Below the pieces are notes generated by a model, which did not search any database, had not been told where the DNA came from, and worked only from the letters and a program-made list of their open reading frames with translations. 43,278 nt of DNA from an uncultured Gemmatimonadaceae bacterium (lineage in GTDB: Bacteria; Gemmatimonadota; Gemmatimonadetes; Gemmatimonadales; GWC2-71-9): positions 1 through 43,278 of the forward strand of contig CAZSPH010000003.1 of the NCBI GenBank assembly GCA_964608715.1. Direction: 5' to 3'. How positions within the stretch are numbered: position 1 is the stretch's first letter; the number at the start of each line of letters is the position of its first letter. Shown piece by piece: positions 35,999 through 43,278 of this stretch. The translations under genes were made by a program, and so were the position numbers.

Positions 35999-36493
35999 GT
36001 GCGACTCGGCATCATTTCTGACACCCACGGCATGCTGAGGCCTGAGGTGTTCGAGGTGTTCAAGGAGGTCGATCACATCATCCACGCAGGTGACATCGGT
36101 TCGCTCGACATCATCACCGAACTGGAAGCGCTGGCGCCGGTCACAGCGGTATACGGCAACACCGACGGGATGGCGATCCGGGCGAAGTACCCTCGCGTGG
36201 CAGAGCTGAGGCTGGACGGTTTCGACATCGTGGTGACGCATGGGGATCAGTTCGGGCGGGATGTGCCCAACGAGGAGTTCCACCGAGCCTATCCGACGGC
36301 TGACATCCTGATCCACGGGCACACCCATCTTCCCAAGCTGGAGATAGTCGATATCACCGTCACGGTGATGAATCCGGGCGCGGCGGGGGCCAGGAGGTAC
36401 GACATACCGGCTTCGGTGGGAATCATGGAGCTGGAGGCCGGAATTCCTCCCCGGGCCAGGCTGGTGCCGGTCTCGGAGCTGGACGAGGAGTGA
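35999..36493 (+). CDS. YfcE/MJ0936-family metallophosphoesterase
   Basis: It has ISDTHG, HAGD, GNTD, THGD and GHTH motifs in order. The GTG start abuts the ubiX TGA. Confidence 0.85.
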   Translation: MRLGIISDTHGMLRPEVFEVFKEVDHIIHAGDIGSLDIITELEALAPVTAVYGNTDGMAIRAKYPRVAELRLDGFDIVVTHGDQFGRDVPNEEFHRAYPTADILIHGHTHLPKLEIVDITVTVMNPGAAGARRYDIPASVGIMELEAGIPPRARLVPVSELDEE

Positions 36494-36522
36494 GTTTCCG
36501 TCCCACCAGTAGGCGGCAGTGA

Positions 36523-36553
36523 AACGGCCCCGGATCATCGATCCGGGGCCGTT
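36523..36553. terminator. Bidirectional terminator hairpin between convergent genes
   Basis: aacggccccggatc-atc-gatccggggccgtt forms a 14-bp perfect stem. T-rich sequence follows on the plus strand (cggtttt) and UUUC follows on the minus strand. Confidence 0.65.
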
Positions 36554-36576
36554 CGGTTTTCACTCCAGCGTCTTGC

Positions 36577-37541
36577 CTACCGCGGCATGCCCCACTGCAT
36601 CCCCACCAGCAGGCGGTTGTCGGAGAACATTCCGATCCCCTGGTGTTCCAGCGTGATCTCCGGCCTGGTCGATCCCACCGGTCGGCTCAGAATCACACCG
36701 TAGGTCAGGTTCATGACCGGAGAGAGGAAGTCGCGGTCGTTGTCGCCGTTGAAGTTGAGCAGACCGAGGCCGAGCCGCGCGCGCGGACTCCGACCATCCA
36801 GTTGGTCGGGGACGCATCATCCTCGAAGACCAGCTTGCCGACGAACGGTTCGATCGGCACCGATGCCAGCGACCAGCGATCGGTTCCTTCGCTGCCGTTG
36901 CCGCTGGGTCCTCCGATCGCGTATCCGAGGCTCACTCCCAGCGAGCGGAACTTCTGGGCCTCGCCGTTGGCTCCGCCCGGGTTCTCCACGCCGAGTGCTG
37001 CGGTGGCCAGGTCCGCCGGAGTGGCGTGGAGGCGGGATTCCGACGCGGTGATCTGCGCGGTCAGGCGGTCGGCCAGCCCGAACCTGATTCCGCCACCATA
37101 GCGGAGAGTGACCCGCTCGAACTCGCTTCCCGGTTCCGGAACAAACTTCGTGATCCCGGCGCCTCCGAGAATGAACGGTACCACCGGGCCGGCGGCGAGA
37201 TTGAGTTGCAGATCTGCGCCATAGCTGCGCATTCCGAACGTGAAGGGAGCTGCACCGGCAGCCAGCTCCGACTCCAGGTCATCGCGAGTGAGGTAGTAGC
37301 CTTCGAGTGCTGCCAGTCGTCCGAACGAGAAGCCCGCCCTGCCGCCATAGAGAGTTGCCTTCGGGAAGACCAGGTCATCGGCCCACTGGAGATGCTCGAC
37401 TGCGGGGGCGACATGCATCCTCACGCCCTGAGCCGACGTGATGGTGAGTCCGCCCGACAGCAACAGTCCAGCGATCATCGTGCCGACGGAACCGGCAATG
37501 GGCCAGGGCGATCGTTTCCTGCGGTATACTATGAACTGCAT
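36577..37541 (-). pseudogene. OMP beta-barrel-like gene interrupted by a frameshift at a (CG)5 tract
   Basis: The start at ATG 37541 has GGAG 8 nt upstream and gives a signal peptide ending TSAQG. The high-GC3 reading frame switches at 36776-36785. Downstream, the coding-like frame (LGLGLLNFNGDNDRDFLSPVMNLTYGV...GMPR, stop 36577) is offset by 2 nt. The original frame decays into low-GC3 sequence ending at 36711. Confidence 0.65.
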
Positions 37542-37715
37542 CTGCAATGCTCCGATGGTCGATCGTTCATGCAGCAGCGGCACAGGGGGAGTGACGCCAC
37601 TGGTTCCCGCAGTGCCTGCGGAGAACAGGAGTCGCCAGAGGCGGCTCCACTCCCGATGACGATCGGATACTGATCTGCGGCACACGCTGCGACTGCCTCG
37701 CGCGGAAATGCCGTT

Positions 37716-38852
37716 TCAACCGTGAATCATTGTCCAGTCGGTGAGTGGTACCGTGCGGCGCCACGATTCGGGGTGACGTCTGAACCATGACATCACCAGC
37801 AGGCGCTGGTGCAGTTGTTCGGCGTCCGGCATCAGGGCTGGTTCGGAGAACTTCTCTCTGACGACTGCGCTGAAGGCCTCACGCTCAAGTGGTGTGGTCG
37901 GATCGGGGTAGGATGCGAGGACCGAGCCGCGGACGATCAGATGCGCACGCGCATCGCCGTGGCTGCCGGGGTCGCGATATACGAAGGTGAGCGCGTCGAT
38001 CGCCGCCCGTGTCCGGCTCACCGTGGCGAGCAGCCATTCCAGAATCTCGAACTTCTCTCGCCAGTGGATTGCCCGATCGAAATCGCCGCTCGCGGCACTG
38101 GCCGTCATCGCTTCGATTACCCGCGGCAGCGGTTCGATGTCGCGGCCGTCGCAGAGCGCGGCAGCAGCCTCGGCCCGGTTGTGATAGGCAGCGCCGGTAG
38201 TCAGGCCAGCACAGGGTCCCAGGCAGGTGCCGAAATCGAACCTCGGACAGGCGGCGCGCGTCGGCGTCTGGAACAGATCGCTCTGCTCGCCGAACTGGAT
38301 CGGCATGCTCGCCCGGCAGTCGCGGAGCCCCAGCAGATCGGACATCACCCGTGCGGCATTGCGAAGCCGGGCGGGGGAGGGGAAAGGTCCGAAGATTCTG
38401 CCGGACAGGTTGTCCGGAGAGACCGTTGCCAGCAGGCGCGGCGCACGCTCGTCGGTGACCACCAGAAAGCCGTGGCGGCGGTTGCGGTTCATCGCGACGT
38501 TGAACGGCGGACGATGCTTCCGGATCAGCGCCAGTTCGGTGAGCGCGGCCGCGAACTCGCTCGGCGACGGGTCGAAGCGGATGTCCGCAGCCGCGTGAAG
38601 GATCCGGGCCTGCTTGTCGTCGGGGAAACGGGCGCTGAAATAGGAGAGCAGCCGCTTGCGCAGTGATCGACCCTTGCCGACGTAGAGTACTCGACCGGCA
38701 GGGTCGAGCATCCGGTAGGTTCCGGGGCGATCAGGGGCCAGTCGCCGGATCCTGAATCGGAGCGCAGCGAGGTCGGCAGAGGGCAGGGGGAGCGCGAGCC
38801 GGCTCACCCCGGAAAAGTAGCCCGGCCAGACAGTGCGGAAAAATGACACCAT
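37716..38852 (-). CDS. Truncated UvrC homolog (Cho-like GIY-YIG nuclease with UVR-like helix)
   Basis: The GIY-YIG block is GTYRMLDPAGRVLYVGKGRSLRKRLLSYF...ELALIRKHRPPFN. A Cys cluster follows (CPRFDFGTCLGPCAG), then a UVR-like segment (GDFDRAIHWREKFEILEWL). It is 378 aa and lacks the UvrC C-terminal endonuclease/HhH half. The start is ambiguous (38852 or GTG 38807). Confidence 0.75.
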   Translation of the reverse strand: MVSFFRTVWPGYFSGVSRLALPLPSADLAALRFRIRRLAPDRPGTYRMLDPAGRVLYVGKGRSLRKRLLSYFSARFPDDKQARILHAAADIRFDPSPSEFAAALTELALIRKHRPPFNVAMNRNRRHGFLVVTDERAPRLLATVSPDNLSGRIFGPFPSPARLRNAARVMSDLLGLRDCRASMPIQFGEQSDLFQTPTRAACPRFDFGTCLGPCAGLTTGAAYHNRAEAAAALCDGRDIEPLPRVIEAMTASAASGDFDRAIHWREKFEILEWLLATVSRTRAAIDALTFVYRDPGSHGDARAHLIVRGSVLASYPDPTTPLEREAFSAVVREKFSEPALMPDAEQLHQRLLVMSWFRRHPESWRRTVPLTDWTMIHG

Positions 38853-38926
38853 CTTGCAGTATTCCGTACCACGTCCCGTCGAGGGTACCTTCCACTATCG
38901 GGGTCCACTTCCACTGGAGCCTCGAA

Positions 38927-39451
38927 ATGACGATCACCGCACGCTTCTCGCGGAACTTCTACAATCAGCTCGGTGACGAGGTCGCCCAGGAGCTGGTGGA
39001 TTGGTTCAACAAGGTGGATGCGATCTACCGCAGCGAACTGCGAGCCTACAACGACCTGAACCACTCCCGGTTCGAAGCTCGGCTCAACCAGGGTCTGGAT
39101 GGACTGGAAGCGCAGATCGACGTCAGGCTGGGTGAGCTTGAGGCCCGCATGGGCGTCAGGCTGGCCGAGCTGGAAGCACGCATGGACGTCAGACTGGTTG
39201 AACTCGAGGCCCGGTTCGATGTCAAACTCTCGGACCTGGAAGCACGGATCAGTACCAGGCTTGCTGAGCTGGAGGCCCGCATCGACGTCAAGCGGGCCGA
39301 GATGGAAGCCCGTATGGGCGTCAAGCTGGCCAACATGAAGACTGAGCTGATCGAACGGATGGACGCCAGGTTTGACCAGCAGCAGCGGTGGTTCATCGGC
39401 ATGTCGCTGATGATGATGGCGATGCTGGTCGGACTCTGGTTCAGGGTCTGA
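38927..39451 (+). CDS. Tail-anchored coiled-coil protein built from 11-residue repeats
   Basis: ATG 38927 has GGAG 7 nt upstream. It has nine consecutive hendecads with consensus LEARMDVRLAE, then a C-terminal TM helix WFIGMSLMMMAMLVGLWF. Confidence 0.75.
   Translation: MTITARFSRNFYNQLGDEVAQELVDWFNKVDAIYRSELRAYNDLNHSRFEARLNQGLDGLEAQIDVRLGELEARMGVRLAELEARMDVRLVELEARFDVKLSDLEARISTRLAELEARIDVKRAEMEARMGVKLANMKTELIERMDARFDQQQRWFIGMSLMMMAMLVGLWFRV
39071..39367 (+). repeat. 9 x 33-bp in-frame tandem repeat (coding)
   Basis: The units start at 39071, 39104, 39137 and so on. The protein repeat is conserved, while the DNA differs mainly at synonymous positions (ctggaagca vs ctcgaggcc). Confidence 0.9.
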
Positions 39452-40276
39452 TCAGCCCTGGCACCGCCAGCAGAAGACGGTCTGTCTGGCGTCGATATCG
39501 TGAGTGCTGGCCAGCGTAGTCCCACAGATGCGGCAGGGTTCCCCGGCGCGACCGTATACCAGCAGCTTCTGCTGGAACCCGCCGCGATCTCCGGTGCTCG
39601 TGACATAGTCGCGGAAGGAAGTGCCCTCAGAAGCGATGGCTGCGGTCAGCGTTTCCCTGATGTGGCCGTGCAGTGCCGTCAGTTTTTCGTCGGGGACATC
39701 GGCCGCAGGAGTGGACGGGTCGATCCGGGCGAGGAACAGCGCCTCGTTGGCGTAGATGTTCCCGACGCCCACCACGACCTTCTGGTCCATGATCGCCTTC
39801 TTGATCGCCGCCCTTGACCGGCGCAGCCGTCGAATCAACTCTGCCGCCGTGAAGCCGGGGTCGAGAGGTTCCGGACCGAGCCGGGTGGCGTAGGCATTCC
39901 ATTCGTCCGGCAGCATCCATCGGAGCGTGCCGATCCGTCTGATGTCGCGATAGACCAGCGCGGTCCCGTCATCGAGTCGGCAGGTGAGTACCGCGTACCG
40001 GCTCTCGTCCGGAGTCATGGGGGCGGTATGGTGGATCAGCGAGCCGGTCATCCCCGGCTGTACGCCGAGAATGGCAGTGTCCGTATGCACCAGAGCATGC
40101 TTGGCCCGGCGGGTGACCGCAGTGATCCGGCGCCCAGCGAGTTCACCGAGTAGCCGGTCCGCAGTGACTCCACTGAGGATGTTGTCGTGCGAGAGAGTTG
40201 CGGCATCGATCCGCCGGTCGACGATCACGCGACTGAGCTGACGGACCAGCGTCTCGACTTCAGGTAGTTCAGGCAT
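39452..40276 (-). CDS. mutM: Formamidopyrimidine-DNA glycosylase
   Basis: It has the MPELPEVE N-terminus and a C-terminal zinc finger CRICGT...FCWRCQ. Its stop codon abuts the stop of the convergent repeat-protein gene. Confidence 0.93.
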   Translation of the reverse strand: MPELPEVETLVRQLSRVIVDRRIDAATLSHDNILSGVTADRLLGELAGRRITAVTRRAKHALVHTDTAILGVQPGMTGSLIHHTAPMTPDESRYAVLTCRLDDGTALVYRDIRRIGTLRWMLPDEWNAYATRLGPEPLDPGFTAAELIRRLRRSRAAIKKAIMDQKVVVGVGNIYANEALFLARIDPSTPAADVPDEKLTALHGHIRETLTAAIASEGTSFRDYVTSTGDRGGFQQKLLVYGRAGEPCRICGTTLASTHDIDARQTVFCWRCQG

Positions 40277-40282
40277 TGTTCC

Positions 40283-41575
40283 TCATGCCGAAGTCGGGCC
40301 TGCCTCGGCGAGTCGCGCAGCTTCACGCCAGCCGATGTCACCCCGGTACTGGCGGCCGTCGAACTCGATCCGTTCGGCACTCATGCGACTGGCCGACTGC
40401 GCCTCCTCGAAGGTCGGTGCCACCGCGGTCACCGTCAGCACCCGGCCACCGGAGACCACCAGGTCCCCGTCGACGATCTTCGTGCCGGCATGGTATGGCG
40501 TCACGCCGTCCGGCAGGTCCGCCGGAATCGAAATGATGGCTCCCTTCGCCGGTGAATCGGGATACCCGGCCGCAGCAACGACCGTGGTCACCGAAGCTCC
40601 CGGGCGGATCGTCACTTCGGGAAGTGCCTCGCCGCGTGCCGCAGCATCCAGAAGCCCCGTCAGGCCATCGGTCAGCATCGGCAGGATCACCTGCGTCTCC
40701 GGGTCACCGAAGCGGCAGTTGAATTCGACCACGTTCGGCGTGCCATCGGGGTGAACCATCAACCCAGCGTAGAGCACTCCGCGATAGGGAGCACCTCTCC
40801 GCTCCAGCTCGGCCAGTGTCGGCAGCAGTACCTCGCGCTCTACCCGCGCCAGCAGTTCGGGAGTGGCAATCGATACCGGGGTGTAGGCACCCATCCCACC
40901 GGTATTGGGCCCTTCGTCACCTTCCAGCAATCGCTTGTGATCCTGTGCGGAGGGAAGGAGCCGGACATCCTTGCCGTTGGTCACTGCGAAGACCGACAGC
41001 TCCTCTCCTTCGAGAAAGGATTCGATCACCACCACGTTGCCGGCAGTTCCGAATTCATGCGACTCCAGCATCGACCGGACTGCTCCGGCTGCCTCCTCGC
41101 GGGTGATACAGACCACCGCACCCTTGCCGGCCGCCAGTCCTGATGCCTTCACCACCAGCGGTTCCGGGTGAGCCGCGACATGGTCGAGTGCCGCCTGCAG
41201 ATTGTCGAAGGTGGCGCTCGATGCCGTAGGGACCCCGGCACTCGCCATCACCTCCTTGGCGAACGCCTTCGATGCCTCGATCTGCGCCCCGGCCGCTCCC
41301 GGTCCGAAGACCGTCCTTCCTTCCGCGCGGAGCCGATCTGCCAGACCGAGGGCGAGCGGGACCTCGGGCCCCACCACGATCAGGTCGATTGCGTGGGCAT
41401 CTGCCGCATCGACGATCCGGTCGATGTCGTCTGCTGCGATCGGAAGATTGGTCGCGAGGTGCGCGGTGCCCGGATTGCCGGGCGCCGCGTAGAGATGGTG
41501 GTCGGGGTTGTCGGCAGCGAGTGCTGCCAGAATCGCATGTTCTCTTCCGCCACTACCCACGACCAGTATTCTCAT
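40283..41575 (-). CDS. purD: Phosphoribosylamine-glycine ligase
   Basis: It has MRILVVGSGGREHA, an ATP-grasp core and EFNCRFGDPE. Confidence 0.95.
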   Translation of the reverse strand: MRILVVGSGGREHAILAALAADNPDHHLYAAPGNPGTAHLATNLPIAADDIDRIVDAADAHAIDLIVVGPEVPLALGLADRLRAEGRTVFGPGAAGAQIEASKAFAKEVMASAGVPTASSATFDNLQAALDHVAAHPEPLVVKASGLAAGKGAVVCITREEAAGAVRSMLESHEFGTAGNVVVIESFLEGEELSVFAVTNGKDVRLLPSAQDHKRLLEGDEGPNTGGMGAYTPVSIATPELLARVEREVLLPTLAELERRGAPYRGVLYAGLMVHPDGTPNVVEFNCRFGDPETQVILPMLTDGLTGLLDAAARGEALPEVTIRPGASVTTVVAAAGYPDSPAKGAIISIPADLPDGVTPYHAGTKIVDGDLVVSGGRVLTVTAVAPTFEEAQSASRMSAERIEFDGRQYRGDIGWREAARLAEAGPTSA

Positions 41576-42606
41576 TCCCTGCTGTCCGTTCCGCCCTTCC
41601 GGGCATCGTCGAATGCATCGCGCGCGGCATCGGCGGCACGCCTGGCCGCGGCCCGGAGATTGTCGGCCACTTCACGGAATTCGTTCCGGTAGTGGCTGCC
41701 AGCCGCCTTCAGGTCGTCCGCCAGCGGACGCTCGGACTCATCCCTGCCGCGACGAGGATAATCACCGGAGAGGATCCGGTCATAGTCCCCGCTCTGGACC
41801 CAGAGCTGCAGCTCGGCCGCACGCACCACGTGCAACGGATGAGTGAGAGCCAGGGTGTTGACGATCTTGTACACCAAGGTCAGCCCGTCGTTGCTGGTGG
41901 CGTACTCGTTCGCCTGCTGGAGGAACGGCTCGAGATTGAGGTCGCCAGGGCGGATGTTCTGGGTGTTGCCGCCGCCAGCCATCTTCATGAAGAGCCGCAT
42001 CGTCGCGGCCAGATCCTGGGAGCCGAGCAGCGAAGCGCGGTCGGCCGAAAGCTCGGACTTGCGCGACCATTCGAGGAAGGCGAGCCGGACCGGCAGCAGA
42101 ACGATCCCGGCCAGCACCGGCAGGACGCCGAAGGAAACCAGCAACATGATCTGAGCCATAGTGCTGTAGAGCGCGTGACCGCTCATCACGTGACCAAGCT
42201 CGTGGGCCAGCAGCACCCGCAGCTCATCCTCGCTGAGAATCTCCAGCGCCGAGGAGTGGATCACGATGAACGGATCGTCGATGCCGTAGGCACCGGCATT
42301 GAAGACCGGTGTCTGGGTCACATACAGTTCCGGGACGCGTTCCCATCCGAAGGTCGCGCAGTTCTCGACGTGGATCCCCCAGAGCAGCGGGTACTGGGTC
42401 GGTCCGACCCGGACAGCGTTGCCCTGGAAGAGCATCCGGATGCCCTGTTCGCCACCCAGAATGCCGAGGACCTTACGGATCACTTCGTCGACCCCCGGTA
42501 CCGACCGGAGGGTCTGCAGCGCCGCACGATCGGCGGGGTGCTCCCAGGCAACCGGAGCGATCTCCGGTAGAGCGACGCGGGGGCGGGGAGCAGGGAGTGA
42601 CGTCAT
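41572..42606 (-). CDS. M48-family zinc metallopeptidase
   Basis: It has the HELGHVMSGH motif and two central TM helices. It overlaps the purD start by 4 nt. Confidence 0.85.
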   Translation of the reverse strand: MTSLPAPRPRVALPEIAPVAWEHPADRAALQTLRSVPGVDEVIRKVLGILGGEQGIRMLFQGNAVRVGPTQYPLLWGIHVENCATFGWERVPELYVTQTPVFNAGAYGIDDPFIVIHSSALEILSEDELRVLLAHELGHVMSGHALYSTMAQIMLLVSFGVLPVLAGIVLLPVRLAFLEWSRKSELSADRASLLGSQDLAATMRLFMKMAGGGNTQNIRPGDLNLEPFLQQANEYATSNDGLTLVYKIVNTLALTHPLHVVRAAELQLWVQSGDYDRILSGDYPRRGRDESERPLADDLKAAGSHYRNEFREVADNLRAAARRAADAARDAFDDARKGGTDSRE

Positions 42607-42681
42607 CGAGCGACTCGCAGTTGAAGGTACCAGTCCTTACGGACGCGACCGTGCGGTTGTTTCACCATGCACCGTCATTCT

Positions 42682-43278
42682 TCACTCGGCCAGCGCCCGG
42701 GCCAGGTCCTCGATCAGGTCGTCGGGGTCCTCTATTCCGCAGGAGAGCCGTACCAGGGAGTCGGTGAGTCCCATCTCCTCGCGCATTGCCTTCGGCATCG
42801 AGGCATGGGTCATCGTGGCCGGATGGCCGATCAGGGATTCGATGCCACCCAGGGACTCGGCCAGGGAGAAGATCCGGACCCGATCGAGCACCTGCCTGGC
42901 CCGTTCGGGGGTGCCCAGCTCCACTGAGAGCATTCCGCCGAACCCCTGCATCATCGTCGCGGCGAGGCGGTGCTGCGGATGATCAGGAAGACCGGGGTAA
43001 TGGACCGCCGGGATGTCGGGCCTGTCCGCAAGCCAGCGGGCGATCGCGCCAGCATTGCGACAGTGCTGGGTCATCCGGAGCGGCAGAGTGCGGAGGCCCC
43101 GGAGCGCCAGCCAGCAGTCGAACGGCCCAGGAATGGCGCCAGCCGCGTTCTGCAGGAAGCCGATCCGCTCGGCCAGGTCCTCACGGCCGGTGATCAGCGC
43201 GCCGCCGATCATGTCGGAATGGCCGTTGAGGTACTTGGTGGTTGAATGGAGAACGATGTCGGCGCCGAAGGCCAGCGG
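42682..43278 (-). CDS. PLP-dependent Cys/Met metabolism enzyme (cystathionine beta-lyase / gamma-synthase family), C-terminal part; 5' end outside the window
   Basis: The frame is open to the window edge. It contains STTKYLNGHSD (the PLP lysine motif) and AESLGGIESL. Confidence 0.85.
   Translation of the reverse strand, partial: PLAFGADIVLHSTTKYLNGHSDMIGGALITGREDLAERIGFLQNAAGAIPGPFDCWLALRGLRTLPLRMTQHCRNAGAIARWLADRPDIPAVHYPGLPDHPQHRLAATMMQGFGGMLSVELGTPERARQVLDRVRIFSLAESLGGIESLIGHPATMTHASMPKAMREEMGLTDSLVRLSCGIEDPDDLIEDLARALAE

Noticed and set aside
38853-38926. I searched for a LexA/SOS box in front of the Cho-like nuclease gene.
   Set aside because: No GAAC-N4-GTTC, GTTC-N7-GTTC or CTGT-N8-ACAG type palindrome is present. 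Only the TCCACT and GTACC repeats are there, and their role is unknown.
39071-39367. Regular 33-bp periodic repeats that could be mistaken for a CRISPR-like array.
   Set aside because: The units are contiguous with no spacers, in frame, and conserved at the amino-acid level with synonymous DNA differences. They lie inside an ORF with an SD and a terminal TM helix.

Overview
This is a visibly GC-rich bacterial chromosomal segment with strong GC3 bias. It is densely packed with about 45 protein genes and has no rRNA, tRNA, CRISPR array, transposase, integrase or recognisable defence island. Most of it is housekeeping: etfBA, nadBAC, an ABC exporter, ETF-ubiquinone oxidoreductase, asd, gpmI, moeA, queD, guaB, purD, mutM, two APC amino-acid permeases, NrnA, a NifU-like protein plus Mrp, and a UbiE/UbiD/UbiA/UbiX-type quinone cluster. 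Three signal-peptide beta-barrel-like OMP genes suggest a diderm host. Accessory-looking content is limited to a MazEF-like toxin-antitoxin pair, a four-gene ECF sigma module, a truncated UvrC/Cho-like nuclease beside an 11-residue-repeat tail-anchored protein, and a family of REP/MITE-like repeats. The strongest signal outside the ORF track is a minus-strand RNA at 14598-14710 that matches the yybP-ykoY Mn2+ riboswitch as I remember it. It sits in front of an htpX-terC-asd operon. Other points worth a second look are a cysteine-free Mrp/ApbC homolog, an OMP gene frameshifted at a (CG)5 tract, a G9 tract inside a second OMP gene, and REP-like palindromes embedded at gene 5' ends. I did not find a convincing wholly new multi-gene system. 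The best candidates are flagged with modest scores. Many ORF-track entries are N-terminally over-extended or are antisense shadow ORFs typical of high-GC DNA, so starts were re-assigned where the sequence supports it.
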